Assembly: GCA_008369845.1 (NCBI GenBank) | Contig: MRSU01005972.1 | Coordinates: 1-34,043, forward strand | DNA: 34,043 nt | Source of the DNA: Trichomonas gallinae | Lineage: Eukaryota | Direction: 5' to 3' | Position numbers and translations under genes: made by a program | Shown here: in pieces, positions 9,891 through 19,608 of the stretch | Layout of the letters: the number at the start of each line of letters is the position of its first letter | Numbering within the stretch: position 1 is the first letter of the stretch | Notes under the pieces: generated by a model | The model's database searches: none | Told to the model about the DNA's origin: nothing | Seen by the model: only the letters and a program-made list of their open reading frames with translations

Positions 9891-10224
9891 AGTTGTTTGT
9901 TTGTATATATTTTGTTGATTTGAATCTGATTGTATCGATTAAATATAAATTGCAATATTATATTTTTTTATTAATATTGATATATATTATAAATATTCAT
10001 TCTTATCAACAGTACCAAACCTCTGTTATCAACAAAATTTTGCTATTCTTTAAAAATAATTTTTGGTAATTTATTTTTCGTTTTTTATTGAATTAGAATG
10101 CTATGATATGAGTTTTTATCAAAAATAATGCTAGTTATAAAATTATTTCTTAAATAAACAACTTGTTTAAAAAAATCTAATTTTAATATATTAATATAAT
10201 AATAATATAAATAAATAAAAAATA

Positions 10225-13200
10225 TCAATTCAATCCGAGTTCTTTCCTTTGTTCCTCGAATGCTTTCATAACTTCTCTCTTAACAAGTCCGAATATGTGA
10301 AGACCAGACTGTCTTGTTCCGTTCAATACCTGCATAACCGCGTGAGTTGGCTGAGAGCCAATGAATGTCTGCCCATCTGAAGTCACAGAGAAGACAGGTG
10401 CGTCACCGACTCTTTCTATCTCGCAAGTCAGCCACGTTCCATCATAAAGCCTCTTGGACTTGTAGCCAGGATTATAAGGGAATTTCTGGCCGACGAATTT
10501 CGGTCCAGCAGCAGGCTGACCGATAGATACCAAAATGAAGTCGTTGTTCAGCGTGACTTCTGAGTCTGTCTTCGACGTCAGCATGATCTGCTGGGCAGCC
10601 TCCAAGCGTTTGATAGGGGTGTCCAAGAATGAAAATCTCCCGAGTGATGCTGTCGTCGGCTTCATCTGTTTCTCTTGTCGCGCGGCTTCTCTGAATGGCT
10701 GAACTTCTTCAGGGGCCAGCTGAGACATGAATCCTAGAGCTGGGCTTGTGAGGATCCTAAATATTGAGCTAGATCCGTACTTGAATAAACCGCGAAGAAG
10801 TGAAATGCTCATCTTTGGTGTCCAAAAGTCTGGGGCGCCTTTAGGAGAAATAACAGTTCGCGTTTGGTCGAAGTGATGCAGCTCGGAGAAAACGAGATTT
10901 GCTAGGAAGATCAGTCTGACTTTATCTTCAGGAACTTTATCTGGCTTTCCGTTGTTCATAACACAATCTGAGCATTCTTTGATCAATTCTAATGTCATTT
11001 TCTCTATTTCTTCCTGCTTCGCGTCTTTTATGTTGCAAAATGTCATAAACTTCTCCCAGTCGATTTCGCCGTTCTTAGAGAGAGGCAAACCGCGCTCACA
11101 CAGTGCGAGAATGACTCTATCCTTGGCTTCTCTTGTTTCTGGTAGAACCTCATCATCATCGTCGTCATATTCAATCTCTTCCTCTTCAGCAGGAATTGCT
11201 TCTTCTTCTTGTTGTAGCTCTTGTTCTTGAGGAGCAATTTTCTCTTCTACTAATTGTTGCTCTTGCTTTGGTTTTTCTTGTTCTTGTTTTGGCTTCTCTT
11301 CTTCTTGTGGTTGAGGAGATGGAGGCTTCTCCGGTGATGCTGGCTTTTCTGGTGATTTCACTGATTCAACTTCGTGAGAGTCGACTGATTCGGCTTCAGA
11401 ATGTGATGATGATGGCGGCGAAGTTGTGATTTCTGTTTTCTCGTTGACTTCATCGAGATTTATTATGACATCGTTTTCGCCATCGGAGCTGCTCGTCTCT
11501 GGCTCAGAGCTACTCTCGTCCTCAACACTTATTGGCTTCTCTTCATGAGCAGCAATAGTGGCAGGAGGAGTAGGTTCAGGCTTTGGAGTTTCAATTTTTT
11601 CAACTGCTCTGACTGGTTCTTCTTGTTTAACTGGTTTCGGCTGTCTTTCTCTCTTCACTTTGACGCGTTTCTTGGTGCTTGAATTTGCTATCATGTCTTC
11701 GAAAGAAAGAGGCTTGAAGTCAATTGGAACGAAAATTGCCTTCTTCTTCGGGTAGATCTGTCTGCAGAGGTTGACAACGTCTTTAATGTCATCGATTGAC
11801 TCTGGTCCTTCTGTGAAGATCCTCTTTAACTCTTCGTATTTGTCTTTGTCGCTTCCTAGAGTCCATAAGCTCGAGTTCTGGGATAATTTGAACAAAACAG
11901 TTCTGACTTTTTCCATGATGATAACAGATTTGGCGATTCTCGTCATATCCATGTCTTTGAGGACCTTCTTGATTGTCTCCTCAGGGAATCTCGTGCCAGC
12001 GACATTCTTAACTGCTTCAAGAGACGGACCAGCACCGTGCACTGATCCTTTGGGCGCACTTTCGAGTGCCAATCTTGCGATTTGGCAGTGCAAAACATCG
12101 GCAAAGTTTGCGCCGTTCTTTATGATTGACTCAGCTGTTTCTTTGATGATAGAAGCAGATCTGTCAACGAAATCATGTGATATTGATGCAGAGAAAGATG
12201 ACCAGAAGTTGAGTGGATCCAAAATGTCTGGGATGGGATCATATCTCAAGACATCATTTTTGACAATTTCGTCCAAAGGAACTTCAAGGAAGTCGTTGAA
12301 CGACTGAGGGTTGGATGAGAGAATTGCGAAGACAGACATTCTTAACAATTTCTCGGCGAGCTCAGGAGGCATGACTTCCGGCGCTGTTCTTCCCAAAAAG
12401 ATAGTTTCGTCGCAGAAAGAAATGTTAGAAAATTCAGGCCTGATCAAATAATCATCGAACGTCTGTGCAACGACAGCCCTGTATCCTTCGATTCCTTCGT
12501 AGTTGAATCTGTAAGTGTCATTGTCTAATATGATTAAAATATCGAATTTAGAGACATCAATCTTCCTGCTTCCTCCCTTTGAGTTGAATAAAACTATCGG
12601 GCTGTTGATTGCCTCATAAAAGTCGTCTTCCTTCATGATGGGTGTCGCACATTTGCACGCAACACCTTGCGCCAGGAGGCCTTCTTCGAGGAGCTCACAC
12701 GCACCAGGCATCTGAGAGAAAACGAGGATTCTCTTGCCCGGATTAGTGTCGATGACTTTCTTCGCGAAAGAGAATTTGCCGGAAAGTCCTATAATAGCTC
12801 GCGGCTCGTCAACAGCTCGTGCGCGGTTGCTTTCAACGAGGAAAGGATGGATAAGGGCGCGTCTGACATTGAGGATAGTCTTGCGGATGTTGCGCTGCGT
12901 GTCATTCGCGATGCCGAACTGCGGCATGATTGTCGAGAAGTCAGATGCGACTTGAACGAGAATTTCTTGGACTGCTGTGCGCTGAAGCGGTGTGATTGGG
13001 ACTGCTATGTTTACTACATTCGTGACAAGTGGATTTTGTTCAGTTTCAAGAGATGTATATGCATCTTCATCGATAATCTTGGAAATACTGGAATCATACT
13101 TGCAAGATGTCAAAACTGTGAAGTTGACACACTTTATAGTATTAATCTGACGAGAAATGAATGCATTCATGTGCTTAATTTCGCCAACATAATCAATAAT

Positions 13201-14598
13201 TGCAAATCTGAAATCAATTTCGCCAATTTGGTTGGAAAATTTCTTAATATCACTAGATCCAACAATAATACAATCAAATTGGACGCTATTTGGAATTTCT
13301 CTCCCGCTTGAATCGAAAGTTGAAAATTCTGTTTCATCAATGAGGTCTCGGCTGTCTTTGTCGCTGTTATATATTGTAGTATCGATGCTTGTAAGTGATC
13401 TAAATGCATCAAGCCAAAGATAGAAATCCGAATCATTGCAAATTACGATAATTGGGCCGTGTTGGTTTGTTGATGTAAGAATATTCTCAACACCAGCAAC
13501 AATAGCAGCAATGGAACGTATTATATCGTAAGATTGAACCATTGAATTTTGATTTTCGAAATATTTCTTTGTTACGAAGTTTGATACCGTGATTTGATCA
13601 TCTGTAAAGACAGATCCGTAGATTCCAGTCTTGGATTCGATTGGTTTGTATGATTCCATAGATGGATGTACGAATCTCGACGGAAGATTCTTTTTATTGC
13701 TATTTTTGAGACGTGCGATATATCCATCGACGGCTCCGTTGTTCTGTAATACTTCACGTACACCCCAAGATGCTTCGTTATATGTAAGGCCGCGCCATTT
13801 GGCTAAATACTCCGGTATTTTGTTTGGAGCGTCGTTTATAATGCGCTCAATCTCGTACCACGCTGAATCTATGTCGTTATCGTAGATTAATAAATCAGGG
13901 TGTGCTAAAGAAGGTATTGGCTTTGATTTATTTTGTAAATCCTTGAATATTTGGAACGCGTACTTGCCATTTTCGACGTCTAATATCTCTTTTTCGCTCA
14001 TCCAAGCGCAGCTGTGATAAGATTCTTCTTTGTAGTGAATATAATACGGTTTCTTGAACATTTTCTCGTTGTATTTCTGTGGGTTGTGGTATCCTGCGTA
14101 AAAACCGACGACTTTGTCAATTTCTAATACGATTTCTTCTTCCTCTTCATCATTTTCCTCACTGCTATCCTGATTTTCCATTTCTTTCTCCTTCTCTTTC
14201 TTTTTAGCATCTTTTTCATCTTCTGCGGAATATTGATATTCATAATCGTAAATATGATCATCACTTTGGAAATAATCATAGTATTCATCATCAGAATTCT
14301 TTTTTGGTTGTTCTACAACCTTTGGTTTTCGTCCAGGTCTGCCTTTTGCAGGTTTCGCATTATTATTATTGTTTGTAGTCGGATTTTTAGGCTTGTGTCC
14401 TCGTTTTGTTGGTTGTTTGACTTCTTCTTGTTGTTTTTGATCGCTATTATTATTTTTAGGTTTTCTTCCGGGTTTCTTTTTCATTTCAGTTTGTTCCTGC
14501 TTCTGTTCTTTCGGTGGGCGACCTCGCCTCTTGACGGTGTTTGTTGATGTGTTCGCAGGAGTATGTTTATTAACGTTCTCTTCATCTCCTGAACTCAT
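10225..14598 (-). CDS. CHD-family chromatin-remodeller-like protein (AT-hooks, double chromodomain, degenerate SNF2 ATPase, SLIDE-like region, FYRN/FYRC)
   Basis: 1457 aa ORF. AT-hooks RRGRPPK and PGRKPK. Chromo motifs YYIHYKEESYHSCAW and YLAKWRGLTYNEASW. SNF2 remnants RRALIHPFLV, SGKF and GKRILVFSQM. SLIDE-like SLLRGLFKYG. C-terminal PGYKSKRLY...SGLHIFGL. Confidence 0.85.
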   Translation of the reverse strand: MSSGDEENVNKHTPANTSTNTVKRRGRPPKEQKQEQTEMKKKPGRKPKNNNSDQKQQEEVKQPTKRGHKPKNPTTNNNNNAKPAKGRPGRKPKVVEQPKKNSDDEYYDYFQSDDHIYDYEYQYSAEDEKDAKKKEKEKEMENQDSSEENDEEEEEIVLEIDKVVGFYAGYHNPQKYNEKMFKKPYYIHYKEESYHSCAWMSEKEILDVENGKYAFQIFKDLQNKSKPIPSLAHPDLLIYDNDIDSAWYEIERIINDAPNKIPEYLAKWRGLTYNEASWGVREVLQNNGAVDGYIARLKNSNKKNLPSRFVHPSMESYKPIESKTGIYGSVFTDDQITVSNFVTKKYFENQNSMVQSYDIIRSIAAIVAGVENILTSTNQHGPIIVICNDSDFYLWLDAFRSLTSIDTTIYNSDKDSRDLIDETEFSTFDSSGREIPNSVQFDCIIVGSSDIKKFSNQIGEIDFRFAIIDYVGEIKHMNAFISRQINTIKCVNFTVLTSCKYDSSISKIIDEDAYTSLETEQNPLVTNVVNIAVPITPLQRTAVQEILVQVASDFSTIMPQFGIANDTQRNIRKTILNVRRALIHPFLVESNRARAVDEPRAIIGLSGKFSFAKKVIDTNPGKRILVFSQMPGACELLEEGLLAQGVACKCATPIMKEDDFYEAINSPIVLFNSKGGSRKIDVSKFDILIILDNDTYRFNYEGIEGYRAVVAQTFDDYLIRPEFSNISFCDETIFLGRTAPEVMPPELAEKLLRMSVFAILSSNPQSFNDFLEVPLDEIVKNDVLRYDPIPDILDPLNFWSSFSASISHDFVDRSASIIKETAESIIKNGANFADVLHCQIARLALESAPKGSVHGAGPSLEAVKNVAGTRFPEETIKKVLKDMDMTRIAKSVIIMEKVRTVLFKLSQNSSLWTLGSDKDKYEELKRIFTEGPESIDDIKDVVNLCRQIYPKKKAIFVPIDFKPLSFEDMIANSSTKKRVKVKRERQPKPVKQEEPVRAVEKIETPKPEPTPPATIAAHEEKPISVEDESSSEPETSSSDGENDVIINLDEVNEKTEITTSPPSSSHSEAESVDSHEVESVKSPEKPASPEKPPSPQPQEEEKPKQEQEKPKQEQQLVEEKIAPQEQELQQEEEAIPAEEEEIEYDDDDDEVLPETREAKDRVILALCERGLPLSKNGEIDWEKFMTFCNIKDAKQEEIEKMTLELIKECSDCVMNNGKPDKVPEDKVRLIFLANLVFSELHHFDQTRTVISPKGAPDFWTPKMSISLLRGLFKYGSSSIFRILTSPALGFMSQLAPEEVQPFREAARQEKQMKPTTASLGRFSFLDTPIKRLEAAQQIMLTSKTDSEVTLNNDFILVSIGQPAAGPKFVGQKFPYNPGYKSKRLYDGTWLTCEIERVGDAPVFSVTSDGQTFIGSQPTHAVMQVLNGTRQSGLHIFGLVKREVMKAFEEQRKELGLN

Positions 14599-15257
14599 TT
14601 TAAAAATCTAAGAAAAAAAAAATTTTTTTTGATGTTCTTCTTTTTATGTTTTTCAGTGTAAAAATACATTTTATCAAAGAAATTTTTGTTTTTTCATGAA
14701 TTTTTTCAGACTTTGACTTGAAATCATTTTTTGTTGCATCAGCAATAAGTATTCATGGATATATATTATTATGAGAAGTTTTAGTATTTGAAATTTGTCG
14801 TTTAACTAAAATCAATGCAGCGAGTTTTCTTCAAGCTAGTTTCTCCTGTTTATATATTGTTTTACTAGTTTAGTTATCATATTATATTACTTTAATAATG
14901 TAATCCAAATTGTATCATCACATGGGATTTTTGCCTAATAATGTTTCTCTCGAAAAATTCTCTTTTTTCATTTATAAAATTATCTTTTAAATTGTTTCTT
15001 ATTTGATGGATCACAACTATAGCCATTATATTATACATTCCCACAATATGATTTTTTTAAAATTAAATCTCATTATATTTTCAGTCAAAAAAAGTTTGCA
15101 TTGTTAGAATATATATCAACCTCAGTGTAAGTAATGATTGGAATAATAGAAGAAGAATTCGGATAAATACAAAATCAAATAGAAACATTTTTAATAGGAA
15201 CATATGAATAAGAACATATATATTATCATGAGAAGCTTAGTATAAAGCATGTATTGG

Positions 15258-15626
15258 TCATTGCTGTGGTTCAGCGAGCTGAGCTTCAAGATCAGCAAGT
15301 CTCTTTTTCGCTTCTTCAATTTTCTGTGTAATATCTGCATTCTCCTCTAAAACTTGCTTGATATCTGTTCCATTCATTGTTGAAAAATAATTTTGGATGT
15401 AATCCATTGGATTTTGTCTATCTGAATTTTCGTAGAAGTGTACTAATATTGTAGTTAAATGCTTCATGAGGCCTTTTTCTTCTAAATAATTTTTAAATTC
15501 AATTTGGCGAAACTCTCTTTCTTGTTTTCTTTTTTGTCTTTCAGCTTCGATTTCTTCCTCTGTTGGTTGTGGTTTGAGCGAATTTAGAATTTCTTGCTCA
15601 TCATCTTCAGGCGGATTATCGCTCAT
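15258..15626 (-). CDS. MYCBP: c-Myc-binding protein (MYCBP/AMY-1/FAP174)-like
   Basis: EFKNYLEEKGLMKHLTTILVHFYE...NPMDYIQNYF followed by a coiled coil matches the MYCBP pattern FRRYLEKSGVLDTLTKVLVALYE. Confidence 0.75.
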   Translation of the reverse strand: MSDNPPEDDEQEILNSLKPQPTEEEIEAERQKRKQEREFRQIEFKNYLEEKGLMKHLTTILVHFYENSDRQNPMDYIQNYFSTMNGTDIKQVLEENADITQKIEEAKKRLADLEAQLAEPQQ

Positions 15627-15813
15627 TTATAAATAACGTAAATTAGTACGATAAATAATAAGGTTATTTCCTGTCAGATTCATGAAAACTAACAGAAATC
15701 AACATTGAGATGAAATTTATATTTGGTAAGGTAGAGTACGGTTTTGTACGTCACTCTGTGCTCTTTGCGGGGATTCATTAACGCTATAATAATTTCAAAT
15801 ATCACTAATACAG

Positions 15814-15919
15814 ATTAGAAGGAAAAACGTCTAGAAAGGGGATTTTTTTGACAAAAGCGGTTAATTTGTCATGTAAATTATACAAATTTTTGTTAAATTT
15901 GACAATCCGTCATGTAAAA
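15814..15919 (+). repeat. Dispersed ~110-bp repeat, copy 1
   Basis: Collinear with 17061-17176: ATTAGA, CGTCTAGAAA, TTGACAAAA, TGTCAYGTAAATYATACAAAT, TGACAATCCGTCATGTAAAA. Confidence 0.85.
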
Positions 15920-16138
15920 CTAATTTCCTAACTTCGTGTTTTTAGGTAACGAATTATATATTAGACTCAAAAATCATAGTGCTGCAAAAAAGGGTGATTT
16001 CGAACCTTCACATCAAAAGAGGCTGATTTAGTTAACTATATTTACGCGCCAAAGAAATGTCTGAAGAAAAAATATTTAAAATGACATGTAAAATTTTCAT
16101 ACAGTTTACACGTCAGATATCCAAATAACCTTATACAG

Positions 16139-16888
16139 ATGGGGAGGAAGGGAAGTTCAACAGATTCGCAACAAACGACTCCTTATAGCTCTGAAGCCTC
16201 AGAAAACTTCTCTGAAGAAGGTGAAGAGGAGGAACAACTTTCTAACAACTCTGAAGAGGAAGAAGATAACGAAAGTGAGTCAACTTCTCAGATTTCTACG
16301 CCTGATGAGAGCGAAAGTGTGAATCAAGAAGAACAAAGACCTCCTGTCATCATAGAAAAGCTAATAATAACGCCACATTGGTCAACTACAAAGAAAACAG
16401 ACCCAACAAATCTCGGAAACGAATATAAAGACTACGATATCCTTAGAAAACATCAGAGACTCGCTTTGTTAGAGCGAAGAATTAACTTAGGCGAGGATCA
16501 TGTCCACTTGCACCCAGGATTAGTGCCGGATTTGGAAAACGAGCGAGAAGATTTGAATTGCACAGAAATAGAAGTCGAAGAGGTTGGAGATTTCAGGACT
16601 CATCAAGAAGAAACGATTATTCCTTCTTGGTGGCCAAGAAGATGCTACGATCAAGAAAAAGATATTTTGGATAAGAAAGAATCCGAAGAATTACTCGAAA
16701 AAATACAAAACTCTACAAAGAGAAGATATGGACTAAATTACACAAGGAGTCATCGTGTAACAGATCAAGATTCAGGAAAAAATAATAAATTTAAGCGCAA
16801 ATTCGTGCTTACTTACTCAGTACTCGATTACGAAACAGACAAAAGTGATGAGCTTACTGATTGGGACGAAGCAATTGAACTGTTTTAA
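16139..16888 (+). CDS. Hypothetical protein with acidic low-complexity N-terminus
   Basis: 249 aa ATG-initiated ORF with coding-like composition. No recognised domain. Confidence 0.8.
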   Translation: MGRKGSSTDSQQTTPYSSEASENFSEEGEEEEQLSNNSEEEEDNESESTSQISTPDESESVNQEEQRPPVIIEKLIITPHWSTTKKTDPTNLGNEYKDYDILRKHQRLALLERRINLGEDHVHLHPGLVPDLENEREDLNCTEIEVEEVGDFRTHQEETIIPSWWPRRCYDQEKDILDKKESEELLEKIQNSTKRRYGLNYTRSHRVTDQDSGKNNKFKRKFVLTYSVLDYETDKSDELTDWDEAIELF

Positions 16889-17060
16889 TATATTAAAATA
16901 TTAGTTTGTTTTTTATGTAATTATTATATTGTTTAAAAGAATTAGCATCAAACATTGCGCACATATTAGCATTTAACAAACAAAATAATATATAATGATT
17001 ACTTTTCGACATTTGCTGAGTTGTTTAAACATTATATTAGTTTCACTTTATGCTAACAAT

Positions 17061-17176
17061 ATTAGAGGTGAAAGCGTCTAGAAAATTGATGTACTTAAAA
17101 TCTTGACAAAAAGTGTATTAATCTGTCACGTAAATCATACAAATATCCTCTAGTTATGACAATCCGTCATGTAAAA
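17061..17176 (+). repeat. Dispersed ~110-bp repeat, copy 2
   Basis: Same orientation as 15814-15919, sharing the identical terminal 20-mer TGACAATCCGTCATGTAAAA. Confidence 0.85.
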
Positions 17177-17198
17177 ATACATGTTAAAAAAAAAAAGA

Positions 17199-17244
17199 TC
17201 AATCATGAAGCTCCTCTTTGATCATTGATTCGTCATGCTGTTGC
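17199..17244 (-). pseudogene. Orphan duplicate of the last 14 codons and stop codon of PMS1
   Basis: The minus strand reads QQHDESMIKEELHD*, against QQDDESMIKEELHD* in the gene (17305-17349). Confidence 0.85.
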
Positions 17245-17304
17245 ATTAAATATTGCGCATATATTAATATTTAACAAACAAAATAATAAAATATTAAAAA
17301 AAAA

Positions 17305-19062
17305 TTAATCATGAAGCTCTTCTTTGATCATTGATTCGTCATCTTGTTGCGATTGATCTTGTAAAGACCATATTTCGCACCATGTTGGTCTTCCATGTGG
17401 ACAATTCCATGGGAAATCTGACTGAGCCATTCTGTTCAACAAGTTCTGCATTTGAGCCTTATTCATTGTATCTCCAACTCTCACAGAACTGTGACAAGCT
17501 CGATATTGCATCCAAATTCTTGCTTTTCTCGTCATCGGCTGAGCTGATGGGTTTTCATACAATAATGTGATTAATTCAAGAAGGTCGTCGGCTCCAGTGG
17601 CAACAGTTGTAACTGATGGAATTGTTTTAACATATAAAATGTTGTCGTGTAAATCATAATCATAACCAAATTCTTTGCACCTCTGCTTGCATTCTTCTGC
17701 TGCTGTTATTTCTTGTGGACTTAGATTAATTTTAATTGGAGCAATAAGTTTTTGGCTTTGTATTGAGCATTTCTTCCTTAGATTCTCGAAGTTTTGTGCC
17801 TCCATTGCGGCATGCTGGTCGATGGCGTATATATCGCAACCATATTTTGTAATAATAAAAGATTGGTTCCATTGGCCAATAATTTCCATGTCTTTGAACG
17901 CCTTTGTTTCTATTGCATCATAGGATTGGCCGTAATCTGGTACATAGCTCTGACATTTTTTAAATCTTTCTGCGATTTCGCTTGTTGTTACTTTTGAATG
18001 AATTTCGATGCCTAATGGATCTGAATTCTTCAATCGCGTCAACTGTGGAAGTGATCTAATGGGTTCTTCCGCTATAACATTATTAAATGTTAATTTTTCG
18101 CTTGTTTTCTTCCAAACACTGCTTAATATTTCGCAAAATACCTTTTGCAATATATTTTCACGCTCAAATGATATAGAAATCAGCGGGGAATTCGGAATGA
18201 AATCAAATGCGCTTCTTGGCGCGTTGATATAGAAAACTCCTGACGGAAGTTTTGGTCCAGCGCACAGCCTGAATTCGTTTCTTATTGCGCGATACAATCC
18301 AGCACAAACGCAAGGTCTATTATTAACAATAAAAATGACTTTTTTGTTGGAATTCGTTGTAGGTGATGCTGTGAAATACTCTAATGTAGCTTCTGGGCAC
18401 CATTTGTCTAATGATGCTTCACCATGGTCAAATCCTTTCAGTATATCCGATCCAAAAACGCTGCTTATTCTGCTATCACGCTTTGCTGTGGAAACTTGTA
18501 TAACTGGCTTGTTGTCTATTGTAATCGTAAAGTTTGCTGTACACGCAACAGCGAAAGATTCCGCGATTTCATTAATCTCTGATAATTGCTGCGACTTATG
18601 TTCAATAAAATAATGTCTCCTTACTGGTTGTCCGTAGAATATCGTTTGTGCAGTAACTGTTGTGCCCTTTGGCCTTGTAATTTTTTGCATTTGTCTTATA
18701 TGATTCTCGCCGAATTGCAATCTCCAGCCAGAATTGTTGTTTTCTGTACATGTATCAATGGTTAAATACGATAAATACGAAATTGCCTCCAATGCTCTGC
18801 CGCGTCCACCACTTACATCTTTTCCAAACTCTTTGGATGTGACTCCTTCATCGCAAAGCATTGAGAGTCCTTCTTCTGTGATTCCTGGCCCATTATCTGA
18901 TACAGATATGTAATCAAGTCCTCCATTTCCAATTCGGATAGTTAATATCGAACAACCGGCGTCAATAGAGTTCTCTATCATCTCTCTAAGTGCGTGTGCA
19001 GGCGAACTTATGGTTTCAGTCGCTCGCACAAGCGTGCTATCATGCTTCGCGAGCGTCTTCAT
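17305..19062 (-). CDS. PMS1: MutL homologue, PMS1(yeast)/PMS2(human)-type endonuclease subunit
   Basis: GHKL motifs EMIENSIDAG and DNGPGI. C-terminal IIGQWNQSFI, DQHAAMEAQNFE (DQHA-X2-E-X4-E), ACH and PWNCPHGRPT. Confidence 0.92.
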   Translation of the reverse strand: MKTLAKHDSTLVRATETISSPAHALREMIENSIDAGCSILTIRIGNGGLDYISVSDNGPGITEEGLSMLCDEGVTSKEFGKDVSGGRGRALEAISYLSYLTIDTCTENNNSGWRLQFGENHIRQMQKITRPKGTTVTAQTIFYGQPVRRHYFIEHKSQQLSEINEIAESFAVACTANFTITIDNKPVIQVSTAKRDSRISSVFGSDILKGFDHGEASLDKWCPEATLEYFTASPTTNSNKKVIFIVNNRPCVCAGLYRAIRNEFRLCAGPKLPSGVFYINAPRSAFDFIPNSPLISISFERENILQKVFCEILSSVWKKTSEKLTFNNVIAEEPIRSLPQLTRLKNSDPLGIEIHSKVTTSEIAERFKKCQSYVPDYGQSYDAIETKAFKDMEIIGQWNQSFIITKYGCDIYAIDQHAAMEAQNFENLRKKCSIQSQKLIAPIKINLSPQEITAAEECKQRCKEFGYDYDLHDNILYVKTIPSVTTVATGADDLLELITLLYENPSAQPMTRKARIWMQYRACHSSVRVGDTMNKAQMQNLLNRMAQSDFPWNCPHGRPTWCEIWSLQDQSQQDDESMIKEELHD

Positions 19063-19069
19063 ATAATAA

Positions 19070-19075
19070 AAATGA
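19070..19075 (-). promoter_or_regulatory. Inr TCATTT
   Basis: On the minus strand, ending 7 nt before the PMS1 ATG. Confidence 0.6.
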
Positions 19076-19227
19076 ACTTATGTCACATAAAGATACAGCA
19101 AAAGATAAGTCCAATATGCTGGATAATAAACTATGCAAATCTAATTAGATTTTAAAATATTTTAATATTTGATGAAAACAAGCGTAGTTTATAGTTATTA
19201 CATCGACATATACAGTTTTGATATGTG

Positions 19228-19400
19228 TCTCATGAAATTGTCAAACTCTTTCTCGCAGTTCCCGGAATAAATGTCAACGCAAAAGATAACAAAACAGCTT
19301 TGATTAAGGCTTCAAAATATGGTTATCATGAAATTGCAAATCTACTTCTCACATTTCCCGGAATAGATGTCAACACAAAAGATAGTAACAACAAAACAAT
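19228..19400 (+). pseudogene. Ankyrin-repeat gene fragment
   Basis: HEIVKLFLAVPGINVNAKDNKTALIKASKYGYHEIANLLLTFPGIDVNTKD, with no ATG start. Confidence 0.75.
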
Positions 19401-19401
19401 T

Positions 19402-19608
19402 TCAATAACTATATATTGAAGCACAAATCAAAGCTGTATAGTTGTATTCGTCTTTTGCATTTACATATATTCCAGGAACTTTGAGAAGGAGTTTGACAAC
19501 TTCATGATAACCGTATCTTGAAGCCAAAATCAAAGCTAGATCTTTGTGATTATCCATTGAACTAACACCAAAACCAAATTTCATTAAAATATGATTGATG
19601 TTATTCAT
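19402..19608 (-). pseudogene. Ankyrin-repeat gene fragment, convergent with the previous one
   Basis: ALILASRYGYHEVVKLLLKVPGIYVNAKDEYNYTALICAS, truncated after about 1.5 repeats. Confidence 0.75.

Noticed and set aside
10952..14547. Several plus-strand ORFs of up to 214 aa
   Set aside because: Antisense shadows of the CHD-like gene with no recognisable domains.
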